33,829 bases of DNA from Myxococcota bacterium (GTDB lineage: Bacteria; Myxococcota; UBA4151): contig JBDQPD010000032.1 of NCBI GenBank assembly GCA_040260805.1, positions 1 through 33,829 on the forward strand, read 5' to 3'. How positions within the stretch are numbered: the first letter of the stretch is position 1; every line of letters begins with the position of its first letter. The position numbers and the translations under genes were made by a program. The notes under the pieces were generated by a model. That model was not told the DNA's origin. It did no database searches and saw only the letters and a program-made list of their open reading frames with translations. This document shows positions 24,213 through 33,520 of this stretch, piece after piece.

Positions 24213-26114
24213 ATGCTTCGCCTCGGGGCGCTCGGTCTCATACTTGCCTTGTTCAGCGCCTGCGGTGGGTGTGATGACAAGCTAGGCTGCGTGGACAAGG
24301 ACCGCGACGGATACGGGGAGAGCTGTGCTCGTGGTCCCGACTGCAATGATGCAGACCCGAGTCTGTTTGATGACTGCCCGGTCAGTCCAGATCAAGCGGT
24401 TCAACCCTGCGAGGTTAATCCCTTGCAGCCGGGCTGTGCCTGCGACCTCGGGGTCCCCCCCAGAGAATGCTACGGTGCGGATCCGCTCACGCGAAACCGA
24501 GGCAACTGCCGCTCGGGAACGATGACCTGCGACAATGGGCTTTGGGGCGAGTGCGAAGGTGCGGTGCTCCCTGAGCGCGAGGTCTGCGATGATCTCGACA
24601 ACAACTGTGATGGTCGGGTCGACGAGGGCCTTCGCAGCGCTTGCGGAACCTGCGACCCGAGCTGCCAACAAGACGCCGCCGGCCCAAGCTATGGCGACTC
24701 TTTTACGCCGCCTGAAGAGGGCAGCGCCTTGTCCGTTGATGAAGACGGCGCGCTCCGGCTCGATGTTCGCAACATCCGCTTCGATCACATCTGGATCGCC
24801 AACTCAGGCGAAAATACAGTGAGCAAACTCTCAACCGAGACGGGCTTAGAGGTCGGGCGTTATCGCATGCCGGACGGTTGCGGTGACCCATCGCGTACCA
24901 CCGTTGATATTGAAGGAAACGTGTGGGTCGGTTGTCGCCAGGGCGGATCGATCGTCAAGATCGCAGCAGCCGAACGCGTCTGCGTCGACACCAACGGCGA
25001 CGGCAACATCCAAACCAGCCGTGATGAGAACCAAAACGGACGGATCGAGGGCTCAGAGCTGCTTGCACGCAACACCGACGAATGTGTTTTGATGCGAGTC
25101 GCTATTGGCGGAAGCGTCGCACGCGCCGCCGCCGTCGACGCCAACGGTAACGTTTGGGCGGGGAGCTGGGATCAATCAAACTACACCCTCGTCCATGGCG
25201 AAACCGGCGAAATCCTTGCCCGAGTCGAAGCCGGCGGAAACCCCTACGGCGCGGCGATGTTTGGTAAAACACTCTACAGCTCGAACCGAGGCGGATCGAC
25301 GCTGGCGCGCATCGACGTCGCCACGCGTCAACGCACCGGGCTGTGGCAGGTGCCAGGCTGCGCAAGCTTGTATGGCATTGCGGTCGATCGCTATGGTCAT
25401 GTCTGGCTTGGCAACTACAGCTGCAATGATGTCCTGCGCTTTGACCCGCAGACCGAGACCTGGGCTCGGTTCTCAGTCGGCCGCGGCCTGTCGCGTGGCA
25501 TGGCTGCTAATGCGGAGGGTCAAGTCTTCGTAGCGGTCGATGGAACCAACCAGGTCTATAAGTTTGATGCGGCGGACGGTCAGGTGCTTGGGGTGTACGA
25601 TGTCGGACAAAGCGGGGTCATCGGCATTGCGCTCGATGATGAAGACTTTGTCTGGACCGTGGCACGAAACGGGCAAAAAGCGTCGAAGCTAACCGCTGAC
25701 GGGGTGGTGATTGGACATTACTCAGTCGGCAACGCGCCCTACACCTATTCGGATATGACCGGACAAGCGCTGCGAACCTTTGCTGCGCCGATCGGTATCT
25801 ACAGAACCGCGTACCAGAGCGGCTGCAAATACGAGACGATCTGGGGACCCATCGACATCGAGGCCGAGACGCCTGAGGGTACGGCCATCGAGGTTCGACT
25901 GACCGTGGCCGATGCCGCCGATCGGCTGATGAGTGGCCAAGCCATCACCTACGGGCCCTGGCGCCAAGATCCGCAAAGCGATGAATTCCCCGCTAATCCC
26001 GGTGAAATCGAGCGCCATGCCCACGCCATGCTCGAGGTTCACTTCATCAGCGAGAGCCGAGAAACGTCGCCGCGATTGACCGGACTGCAGATCCAGCACA
26101 ACTGCATCGAATAA
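24213..26114 (+). CDS. Array paralog 4: most divergent member of the same family
   Basis: Lipobox FSAC(GGC); CVDKDRDGYG..DCND; EVCDDLDNNCDGRVDE; IWIANSGENTVSKL, DPSRTTVD, TDEC, PYG, PYTYSDMTG; terminal Cys (HNCIE). Confidence 0.9.
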   Translation: MLRLGALGLILALFSACGGCDDKLGCVDKDRDGYGESCARGPDCNDADPSLFDDCPVSPDQAVQPCEVNPLQPGCACDLGVPPRECYGADPLTRNRGNCRSGTMTCDNGLWGECEGAVLPEREVCDDLDNNCDGRVDEGLRSACGTCDPSCQQDAAGPSYGDSFTPPEEGSALSVDEDGALRLDVRNIRFDHIWIANSGENTVSKLSTETGLEVGRYRMPDGCGDPSRTTVDIEGNVWVGCRQGGSIVKIAAAERVCVDTNGDGNIQTSRDENQNGRIEGSELLARNTDECVLMRVAIGGSVARAAAVDANGNVWAGSWDQSNYTLVHGETGEILARVEAGGNPYGAAMFGKTLYSSNRGGSTLARIDVATRQRTGLWQVPGCASLYGIAVDRYGHVWLGNYSCNDVLRFDPQTETWARFSVGRGLSRGMAANAEGQVFVAVDGTNQVYKFDAADGQVLGVYDVGQSGVIGIALDDEDFVWTVARNGQKASKLTADGVVIGHYSVGNAPYTYSDMTGQALRTFAAPIGIYRTAYQSGCKYETIWGPIDIEAETPEGTAIEVRLTVADAADRLMSGQAITYGPWRQDPQSDEFPANPGEIERHAHAMLEVHFISESRETSPRLTGLQIQHNCIE

Positions 26115-26155
26115 ACTTTTAAAAACACAGCGTTTGCTGTTGTTGATTTTAGGGT
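26115..26155 (+). terminator. Possible weak terminator/hairpin closing the array
   Basis: AT-rich segment with ACAGC-GTTT-GCTGT stem followed by TGTTGATTTT. Confidence 0.3.
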
Positions 26156-26220
26156 CGAGCCCTCCCTATGGTGCCGCCCGCCCTCGGCTTATCTTCAGCC
26201 GGCGCGATTGGGAGGACCAA

Positions 26221-27621
26221 TTGAGTCAATACGATGTTGTCGTAATCGGATCGGGACCAGGTGGCTACGTCGCAGCGATTCGCTGCAGCCAGCTTGGACT
26301 CAAGACCGCCATTATCGAGAAAGACCCAAGCCTGGGTGGAACCTGCCTGAACAGAGGCTGTATTCCAGCCAAGGCGCTATTGCACGCTGCTGAAGTGCTG
26401 CATGAGGCGCAAGAAGGTGATAAATTCGGCGTCAAAGTCGCCAGCGCCGAGATGGACATGAACGGGCTGCAAGCCTACCGAAAACGCATCGTTGATGAGT
26501 TGACCGGTGGGATCGCCTACCTGATGAAGAAAAATAAAATCGACGTGCACACCGGCTACGGTCGGCTCAAAGGGGCTGGCAAAGTCTCGGTGAGCTCAGA
26601 CAGCGGTGAAACCGTTCTTAGCTGCGCCAACGTGATTCTCGCCACCGGATCCACCGTCCGTGATTTACCGGGCGTCCGATTTGATGGCGAGCGGATCATC
26701 TCGAGCGATGAGATGCTCGAGCTCAACTACGTTCCCCAGCGCGTCTTAGTGATCGGCGCAGGAGCCGTGGGCACCGAGTTCGCATCTGCGTATAAAGACT
26801 ACGGTTCCGAAGTCACACTCGTTGAGTATGCGGACCGCTTGGTTCCGATCGAAGACGCTGACTGCTCTCGCGAGCTCGGTAAAGCCTTCAAGAAGCGCAA
26901 GATCACGGTCAAAACGGCGCATAAGGTCAACGAGGCGAAGCGGCGCGGAAAGACGGTCACCGTCGAGATCGAAAAGCTCAAAGATGGAAGCAAAGAGAAG
27001 GCGACGTTTGATGTGGTCCTAGTCGCCGCCGGCCGAGCACCCGTCACCGAAGACCTCGGCTTAGCGAGCGCTGGGCTCGCCACCGACAAGCGCGGTCTCG
27101 TTGCGGTCAACGAATGGTGCGAGACCGGCGCGCCGGGTGTTTATGCGATCGGTGACATCATCCCGACGCCTTGGCTTGCGCACGTTGCGAGCGCCGAGGG
27201 CATCATGGTCGCCGAGCGAATCGCCGGTCACAAGACCATGAGCATCGCCTACAACCGCGTCCCCAACTGCACCTATTGCCGCCCCGAGGTTGCGAGCGTC
27301 GGGCTGACCGAAGCCGCGGCCAAAGAGGCAGGGTATACGGTCAAGACGTCCAAGTTCCCCTTCTCGGCGATCGGTAAAGCAAAGATCCTCGGTGACACCG
27401 CTGGCTTTGTTAAAGTCGTCGCCGCCGAAGAGTATGATGAGATCCTTGGGGTGCACATCTGCGGTCCTCGAGCCACCGAAGCCATCGCCGAAGCTTGCGT
27501 CGCCTTGGGCGCCGAAGCGACCGGTGAATGGTATGGTTCGATCATGCACGCCCACCCCACCCTGAGTGAGACGGTGCAAGAGAGCCTGCACCAGCTCATG
27601 GGTCACGCGATCCACATCTAA
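26221..27621 (+). CDS. lpdA: Dihydrolipoyl dehydrogenase (E3)
   Basis: GGAGG SD before TTG 26221. GSGPGGYVAAIR, GGTCLNRGCIP redox disulfide, GAGAVG, HAHPTLSE. Confidence 0.97.
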   Translation: MSQYDVVVIGSGPGGYVAAIRCSQLGLKTAIIEKDPSLGGTCLNRGCIPAKALLHAAEVLHEAQEGDKFGVKVASAEMDMNGLQAYRKRIVDELTGGIAYLMKKNKIDVHTGYGRLKGAGKVSVSSDSGETVLSCANVILATGSTVRDLPGVRFDGERIISSDEMLELNYVPQRVLVIGAGAVGTEFASAYKDYGSEVTLVEYADRLVPIEDADCSRELGKAFKKRKITVKTAHKVNEAKRRGKTVTVEIEKLKDGSKEKATFDVVLVAAGRAPVTEDLGLASAGLATDKRGLVAVNEWCETGAPGVYAIGDIIPTPWLAHVASAEGIMVAERIAGHKTMSIAYNRVPNCTYCRPEVASVGLTEAAAKEAGYTVKTSKFPFSAIGKAKILGDTAGFVKVVAAEEYDEILGVHICGPRATEAIAEACVALGAEATGEWYGSIMHAHPTLSETVQESLHQLMGHAIHI

Positions 27622-27634
27622 CGAGACGATTTTA

Positions 27635-28708
27635 ATGGCTAAAGCGCACGAGAAGCTCTTTCCGGGAACTGGCGACCGCCGGGCGCCTCAGCTCACAGAG
27701 CTGAGCACTCCATTGAGCAAGGCGATGCGCCTGCGGCTCTTTGAGTGGATGGTCACGACGCGCAAGGTCGAGGCGCGCATGGGGACGCTTTATCGTCAAG
27801 GTAAGGTCGTCGGTGGACTCTACCGAGGTGAGGGCCAAGAGGGGATCTCGGTCGGAACCGCGATGGCGCTGCAAGACGGTGATATCGTGGGTCCAATGAT
27901 TCGTGACCTCGGCGCGATGATGGTGCGAGGCGTGCCGCCGAGGGATGTCTTTTGTCAGTACATGGCGCGAGCAGATGGACCGACCGGTGGTCGAGACTGC
28001 AACACCCACTTTGGTGATCACGAGCTTGGAATTACCGCGCCGATCTCTATGCTTGGGGCGTTGATCCCAGTCGTTTCTGGGATGGCTTGGGCGAGCAGAC
28101 AGCAAGGAAACAACCCCGTCGGCTTGACCTATATCGGTGACGGCGGCGCCTCATGTGGCGATTTCCATGAAGGCTTAAACATGGCGGCGACGCTCAACTC
28201 GCCGCTGGTGCTGATCATCGAGAACAACGGCTACGCCTACTCGACACCAGTCCAAGCCCAAAGCCAGGTCGAATGGTTTGTGGATCGAGCGCCGGCCTAT
28301 GGCGTACTGGGCATGCAAGTCGACGGCAACGACGTCGAAGCCGTCTACAACGCCACCAAGCTAGCTTGTGATCATGCTCGCTCAGGCAAAGGACCGGTAC
28401 TGATCGAGGCGATCACTTTTCGGATGAACGGTCACGCCGAACACGACGACGCCAGCTACGTCCCCGAAGCGTTGGTTAAAGCTTGGAGCAAGCGAGACCC
28501 GATCGACATCCTGCGCGACCGACTGATCGACGAAGGGGTCAAATCAAAGCGCCAGATCGATAACCTTGAGCAAAAGATCTTTGACCAACTCAGAGACGAT
28601 TATGAGTTCGCCCTCGCCAGCGACATGCCTGATGCGCTCTACGCGACCGGCGGAGTGTACAGCGAAGACGACATCGGACAGCCCGATCCCAGGAGGGCCG
28701 GCCGATGA
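27635..28708 (+). CDS. 2-oxoacid dehydrogenase E1 alpha subunit (branched-chain/pyruvate type)
   Basis: GQEG, TPP motif GDGG..GDFHEGLN...ENNGYA, VDGND, RMNGH. Confidence 0.93.
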   Translation: MAKAHEKLFPGTGDRRAPQLTELSTPLSKAMRLRLFEWMVTTRKVEARMGTLYRQGKVVGGLYRGEGQEGISVGTAMALQDGDIVGPMIRDLGAMMVRGVPPRDVFCQYMARADGPTGGRDCNTHFGDHELGITAPISMLGALIPVVSGMAWASRQQGNNPVGLTYIGDGGASCGDFHEGLNMAATLNSPLVLIIENNGYAYSTPVQAQSQVEWFVDRAPAYGVLGMQVDGNDVEAVYNATKLACDHARSGKGPVLIEAITFRMNGHAEHDDASYVPEALVKAWSKRDPIDILRDRLIDEGVKSKRQIDNLEQKIFDQLRDDYEFALASDMPDALYATGGVYSEDDIGQPDPRRAGR

Positions 28709-29676
28709 CCATCACCTACATCGAAGCCATCGGAGAGGCGATCTCCCAAGAGATGGAGCGAGATCCATCGGTTCTGCTGATCGGCGAAGACGTCGGTCAT
28801 TACGCAGGCGCGTTTAAGCTGTCGAAGGGCTTTCTTGAGTCCTTTGGTCCGGATCGAATCATCGACACCCCGATCGCTGAGTCGGCGATCGTCGGTCATG
28901 CGATCGGTATGGCGTACATGGGTATGCGCCCGGTCGTTGAGATGCAGTTCATCGATTTTATCGCCTGCGCCTACAATATGGTCACCAACTTCGCCGCGAA
29001 GAGTCGATATCGCCAGGGGCTGGCGTGCCCGATGGTGATTCGAGGCCCTTCGGGCGGCGGCGTACGTGGCGGACCGTTCCACAGCCAAAACGTTGAGGCA
29101 TGCTTTCTTAATGTACCCGGTCTAAAGATCGTCGCTCCAGCGACGGCTGCGGACGCTAAGGGGCTGATGTTGTCGTCGATTCGCGATGACGACCCGGTGC
29201 TCTTTCTCGAGCATAAGTACCTTTATCGGCGCATTAAAGAGGTCGTCCCGAGCAACGAAGCCATCCCTCTAGGTCAAGCGATCGTTCGACGTGAAGGCTC
29301 AGATTTCACCATCGTGACCTATGGCGCGATGGTCTTTGAGGCGCTCGAAGCGGCGGAACAAATCGCCACCGAAACAGGCGCTCAAGCGGAGGTCATTGAC
29401 CTACGCACCCTGGCTCCGCTCGATATGGAGACCGTGTATCAATCCGTGCGAAAGACGAACCGCTGCATGTTGGTTCATGAAGCCTGTTTGACCGGCGGCC
29501 CAAGCGGCGAGCTCGCTGCTCGTTTGTCCGAAGAGTTCTTTGACTGGCTCGATGCGCCCATCTTACGGGTGGCAGCGCTTGATTCGCCGGTCCCCTACTC
29601 GCCCCCCTTAGAAGATTATTTTCTTCCTAAATCTGTAGACATCGTGTTTCAGGCGAAGCGCCTGCTCGCCTACTAG
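28705..29676 (+). CDS. 2-oxoacid dehydrogenase E1 beta subunit
   Basis: GEDVG, DTPIAE, EMQFIDF, FHSQ, IDLRTLAPLD. ATGA overlap with E1 alpha. Confidence 0.94.
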   Translation: MTITYIEAIGEAISQEMERDPSVLLIGEDVGHYAGAFKLSKGFLESFGPDRIIDTPIAESAIVGHAIGMAYMGMRPVVEMQFIDFIACAYNMVTNFAAKSRYRQGLACPMVIRGPSGGGVRGGPFHSQNVEACFLNVPGLKIVAPATAADAKGLMLSSIRDDDPVLFLEHKYLYRRIKEVVPSNEAIPLGQAIVRREGSDFTIVTYGAMVFEALEAAEQIATETGAQAEVIDLRTLAPLDMETVYQSVRKTNRCMLVHEACLTGGPSGELAARLSEEFFDWLDAPILRVAALDSPVPYSPPLEDYFLPKSVDIVFQAKRLLAY

Positions 29677-29685
29677 GAGAACCTC

Positions 29686-31107
29686 ATGGCCCTCATCGAT
29701 ATCGTGATGCCGCAACTCGGCGAATCCATTGCCGAAGGTACCATCGCCCGCTGGCTCAAAGCCGTTGGCGATAACGTAGCTGAAGATGAACCCCTGCTCG
29801 AAGTCAGCACCGACAAAGTCGACGCTGAGATTCCCAGCGTTAAGGGTGGTCGGGTCGCTGAGATCCTGTTTGGCGAAGGCGAAACCGTCGAAGTGCAAAC
29901 GGTCATCGCTCGCATCGAGACCGATGCGGCAGCGAGCCTGCCGAGCGGTGACGGCGCCGCGGCGGCCGCAGCAGAAGCGCCCGCAGCGGCTCCGGCGGCT
30001 GCGACGCCAGTTCCAGCGGCTGCGCCCGCTCCGGCTCCGGCACCTGCACCCGTTGCAGCAGCGCCAGCTCCGGTTGCAGCCTCGGCTCCAGCAGGTACCG
30101 ATGAGTTGACGCATCGTCGCCGCACCTTGTCGAGCCCTGTCGTGCGCAACATCGCTCAAGAGCACGGCGTCGAGATCGCCGCCGTACCCGGGACGGGTAT
30201 CGACGGCCGGGTCACCAAAGCGGACATCTTAGCCTACGTCGCCGCGGGCGCCCATCAGGCTCCGGCAGCGGCTGCAGCGGCTCCCGCCGCCATGCCGAGC
30301 GCCCCAGCCTTTGCAGGTCCCGCCGTTCCGGTCACACCTCCAGGCGCAGTGGTCGCCGAGATGACGCGTGCATCGGGCGCTCCGACCGAGATCAAGTTCC
30401 CCGATGTCCCGGTTTATCCTGGCGATCGGATCGAGAAGATGAGCCCGATGCGGGCTTCAATCTCCGAGCATATGGCGCGTTCGACCTACCTGGCGGCGCA
30501 CGTTCAGACCTGCTGGGAGATCGACATGGGCAACGTCATGGCGTTGCGCAAAGAGCATAAGGACCGCTACGCCGCCCAAGGCGTCAAACTGAGCGTCACC
30601 GCCTTTATCCTCAAGGCGACCGCAACGGCGCTGCGCGAGCACCCGATGGTCAACGCCGCCATCAGCGGCGACCAGATCATCTACCGCGGCGCGGTCAACC
30701 TAGGCTGCGCGGTCAGCGTTCCGGACGGCTTGATGGTCCCGGTGATCAAAAACGCCGACCACCTGAGCGTGCGCGGCATTGCGATCGCCCTTGATGACCT
30801 CGCCACGCGAGCTCGCAGTAAGAAGCTGACCATGGACGACCTAGAGGCTTCGACCTTCTCGGTCACCAACCCCGGCGTCTTTGGCTCGCAGTGGGGTACG
30901 CCGGTGATCAACCAACCCAACGTCGCCATCCTGGGCTGCGGTCGCACCGAAGACCGCGTGGTGGCGGTCAACGGCATGATCGGGATCCGCCCCCGGGCGC
31001 ATTACGTGCTGAGTTTCGACCATCGCTTGGTCAACGGCTCAGACGCCGACTTGTTCATGAAGACCTTCAAGGAGAACCTCGAGGGCATGGACGCCAGCGC
31101 GCTCTAG
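29686..31107 (+). CDS. Dihydrolipoamide acyltransferase (E2), single lipoyl domain
   Basis: AGGAG SD. MPQLGES, lipoyl-Lys STDKV, Ala/Pro linkers, E3-binding GTGIDGRVTKAD, catalytic FDHRLVNG. Confidence 0.95.
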   Translation: MALIDIVMPQLGESIAEGTIARWLKAVGDNVAEDEPLLEVSTDKVDAEIPSVKGGRVAEILFGEGETVEVQTVIARIETDAAASLPSGDGAAAAAAEAPAAAPAAATPVPAAAPAPAPAPAPVAAAPAPVAASAPAGTDELTHRRRTLSSPVVRNIAQEHGVEIAAVPGTGIDGRVTKADILAYVAAGAHQAPAAAAAAPAAMPSAPAFAGPAVPVTPPGAVVAEMTRASGAPTEIKFPDVPVYPGDRIEKMSPMRASISEHMARSTYLAAHVQTCWEIDMGNVMALRKEHKDRYAAQGVKLSVTAFILKATATALREHPMVNAAISGDQIIYRGAVNLGCAVSVPDGLMVPVIKNADHLSVRGIAIALDDLATRARSKKLTMDDLEASTFSVTNPGVFGSQWGTPVINQPNVAILGCGRTEDRVVAVNGMIGIRPRAHYVLSFDHRLVNGSDADLFMKTFKENLEGMDASAL

Positions 31108-31119
31108 CGTGAGCTGATC

Positions 31120-31803
31120 ATGCGCCCCATCGAGTTGCGCCAGCTCGGCAGCGAGCTGCCGTACGAAGACACGCAAGAGGCGCAGCAGCGTGCGGTCGAT
31201 CTGGTGCGTCGCGGCGAACTCCCTGACCAACTCTGGCTGCTGCAGCACGAGCGGGTGATCACCGTGCCGCGTAAAGAGGCAGCGTGGGCGAACCTTTTGG
31301 TGACTCCAAAGCAGGCTAAAGAACTCGGCGTTAACGTCGTGACCACGACGCGCGGTGGCAACATTACCTATCACGGCCCCGGACAGTGGGTGCTTTACCC
31401 TATCGTCCATCTCCAGCCTGGCGAGCGAGACATTCGTCGCTTCGTCTGCAACCTTGAAGAGGCGATGATGCAGGTCTGTCGAGACTACGGCTTAGCGCCG
31501 CAGCGCAGCGAGGGCGAGACGGGCACCTGGATCGGTGATCAAAAAATTGGGGCGATCGGCGTGCGCTTTGCGCGCTGGGTGTCGAGTCACGGGATCGCCT
31601 TTAATGGTCGGACCAATATGGAAGACTTTAACCTCATCGTCCCCTGCGGCATTGTCGACAAGGGGGTGTGCAGCTTGGAGAGTCTTGAGGTTGATCATGA
31701 CTTAGGCGAGCTTGGACCTCAACTCGCAGCGGGCGTCGCCAAGCGCTTAGGTAGAACGCTCCACCAAGGGCCGAGCCACCTTCCGCTGATGAGTGGGCTC
31801 TGA
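31120..31803 (+). CDS. lipB: Lipoyl(octanoyl) transferase
   Basis: LLQH, RGGNITYHGPGQ, KIGAIG, HGIAFN, IVPCGI. Confidence 0.95.
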   Translation: MRPIELRQLGSELPYEDTQEAQQRAVDLVRRGELPDQLWLLQHERVITVPRKEAAWANLLVTPKQAKELGVNVVTTTRGGNITYHGPGQWVLYPIVHLQPGERDIRRFVCNLEEAMMQVCRDYGLAPQRSEGETGTWIGDQKIGAIGVRFARWVSSHGIAFNGRTNMEDFNLIVPCGIVDKGVCSLESLEVDHDLGELGPQLAAGVAKRLGRTLHQGPSHLPLMSGL

Positions 31804-31816
31804 TAAGTCACCAAAC

Positions 31817-33505
31817 ATGAAGTTTAGAGTCTTAGTTCTCCTCGGGTTTGGCGCATGCTCGATGCAGCTCCCGATGATCCCAGGCATGGGCAACAACGCA
31901 CCGGCTTCGGTCTGCGGAGATGGTGTCGTCGGCGCAGGCGAAGGCTGTGATGACGGTAACCTCGTTGATTTCGACGCCTGCACCAGCGCCTGCACCAACG
32001 CGGGCTGCGGTGATGGGGTGACCCGACGTGACCTGACCGATCCGCTCGACCCTGGATATGAAGCCTGCGACGACGGCAACGACCGCGACGACGACGGCTG
32101 CACCAACGCTTGCCTCAGTCCTAAATGCGGCGACGGGCGCGTGTTTCAAAGCACCGGGGTTGGCGGCGCAGGCTATGAACAATGCGACGATGGCAACATC
32201 AACAACAACGACAGCTGCACCGCCGATTGCTTGGTTGCGCGCTGCGGTGATGGCTTTATTCGAAACCAGGTGGGAGACGGCGATTCGGCTGAAGCCTGCG
32301 ACGACGGCAACGCAGTCGATCTCGACGGCTGTCGAAACAACTGCCAGATCGCGCGCTGCGGTGATGGCGCTGCGCGCGCGGACATTGCGCCGGGTGCTCA
32401 AAGGGAGTGCTCGATTGAAACCGACTGCGTCGGCGGGGAGCGCTGCCTACATGGGCGGTGTTATCCGATCGGTTTCGAGCGCTGTGATGACGGTAATGAT
32501 GACGACCTCGATGCCTGCTTGAGCGGCTGCGTCTCGGCGCGCTGCGGCGATGGGGTCGTGCGAACCGACCTTGCCGAGGGTGAAGCGGGCTATGAAGTCT
32601 GTGATGATGGAAACACGATCGATTCGGACGGCTGCAACGGCGACTGCCAACCGGCTCGCTGCGGCGACGGGGTGCGACGAGACGATCTCGACGCCAGAGT
32701 TCGTGGGCCAAGCGCCTTGTGCACCTTTGGCTGCCAGGACCGAGAGGTTTGCGTAGGTGGGGTTTGCCTACCGGTCGGTTATGAAGCCTGCGACGACGGC
32801 AACCTGAACAACTCAGATGCCTGCGTTGAGTGCAAAATCCCGGGTTCATCAGCGAGCTCAGCGGCGAGGAGTTGCCTGCAGCTGATCAACCAAGGTCAAA
32901 CCGAGTCCGGTGTCTATTGGCTCGATGTTGACGGGCCTGACGGTGAGCTGGCGCCCAGCCGATTCTATTGCGACCAAACCACCGACGGCGGTGGCTGGAT
33001 TCATCTGATGGGACCGAACGTCGCCGAAGATAGCGTCTGCGACTGGTTGAGGTTCTCTGAATTCCTATACGAAAACGACGATCGCGAAGCGGAAGCTGCG
33101 ATCAATCCCGATCAATGGGACTATCAGTGTGCTGCTCAGTTGGTACGATTGAATACACGACCTTATAGCCGGCTTGAGTTACGGATCACCCTAGAGACCC
33201 CATTCAACTTCACCGCGGTTCGCTATGACGCTCGCTTTCACATTGCGACTTATACAGCGGACGGAGACATCCAGCGTTACATGGCTCCAAGCTCTGACCG
33301 AAGACATCCTATTGGTCAGCCGATCAGCGACGACGCTTGGACTGTCGTTCGAAGCTGCCAACCGTTTAGCTTGAACGACACGATCAACCCCTTCATTGAC
33401 AACGGCACAATGAGTAGCCTGTCTTGGCTTATCCAAGATTACTCCCCAGGAAACGGCTGCGTTGACCAAAACGCTATTGAGTTTCAGTTCATCGCCGTTC
33501 GCTAA
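31817..33505 (+). CDS. Lipoprotein with seven Myxococcus Cys-rich (DUF4215-type) repeats and a fibrinogen-like YCDxxxxGGGW domain
   Basis: MKFRVLVLLGFGAC lipobox; 7x CGDG...E.CDDGN....D.C; ARSCLQL...SGVYWLD...FYCDQTTDGGGW. Confidence 0.88.
   Translation: MKFRVLVLLGFGACSMQLPMIPGMGNNAPASVCGDGVVGAGEGCDDGNLVDFDACTSACTNAGCGDGVTRRDLTDPLDPGYEACDDGNDRDDDGCTNACLSPKCGDGRVFQSTGVGGAGYEQCDDGNINNNDSCTADCLVARCGDGFIRNQVGDGDSAEACDDGNAVDLDGCRNNCQIARCGDGAARADIAPGAQRECSIETDCVGGERCLHGRCYPIGFERCDDGNDDDLDACLSGCVSARCGDGVVRTDLAEGEAGYEVCDDGNTIDSDGCNGDCQPARCGDGVRRDDLDARVRGPSALCTFGCQDREVCVGGVCLPVGYEACDDGNLNNSDACVECKIPGSSASSAARSCLQLINQGQTESGVYWLDVDGPDGELAPSRFYCDQTTDGGGWIHLMGPNVAEDSVCDWLRFSEFLYENDDREAEAAINPDQWDYQCAAQLVRLNTRPYSRLELRITLETPFNFTAVRYDARFHIATYTADGDIQRYMAPSSDRRHPIGQPISDDAWTVVRSCQPFSLNDTINPFIDNGTMSSLSWLIQDYSPGNGCVDQNAIEFQFIAVR
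31913..32833 (+). repeat. Seven intragenic CGDG...CDDGN repeats
   Basis: Recurrent TGCGG(C/T/A)GA(C/T)GG and TG(C/T)GA(C/T)GA(C/T)GGnAA motifs, in frame. Confidence 0.85.
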
Positions 33506-33520
33506 GGCAGGACTTCGGCC

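Larger units (their letters stand above)
17737..26114 (+). repeat. Tandem four-gene paralog array (about 1.9-2.2 kb units)
   Basis: Four consecutive co-directional ORFs share the same ordered motifs. DNA-level similarity is obvious between 17851-19845 and 22224-24209. Confidence 0.92.

Noticed and set aside
17652..26220. Array as a mobile island
   Set aside because: No integrase, transposase, tRNA or flanking direct repeats were seen, and composition resembles the neighbouring genes.
29950..30090. Tandem GCTCCG-like repeats
   Set aside because: Ordinary Ala/Pro linker of the E2 subunit.
31913..32833. CRISPR-like array
   Set aside because: The repeats are degenerate, in-frame protein repeats with variable spacing, and there are no cas genes.
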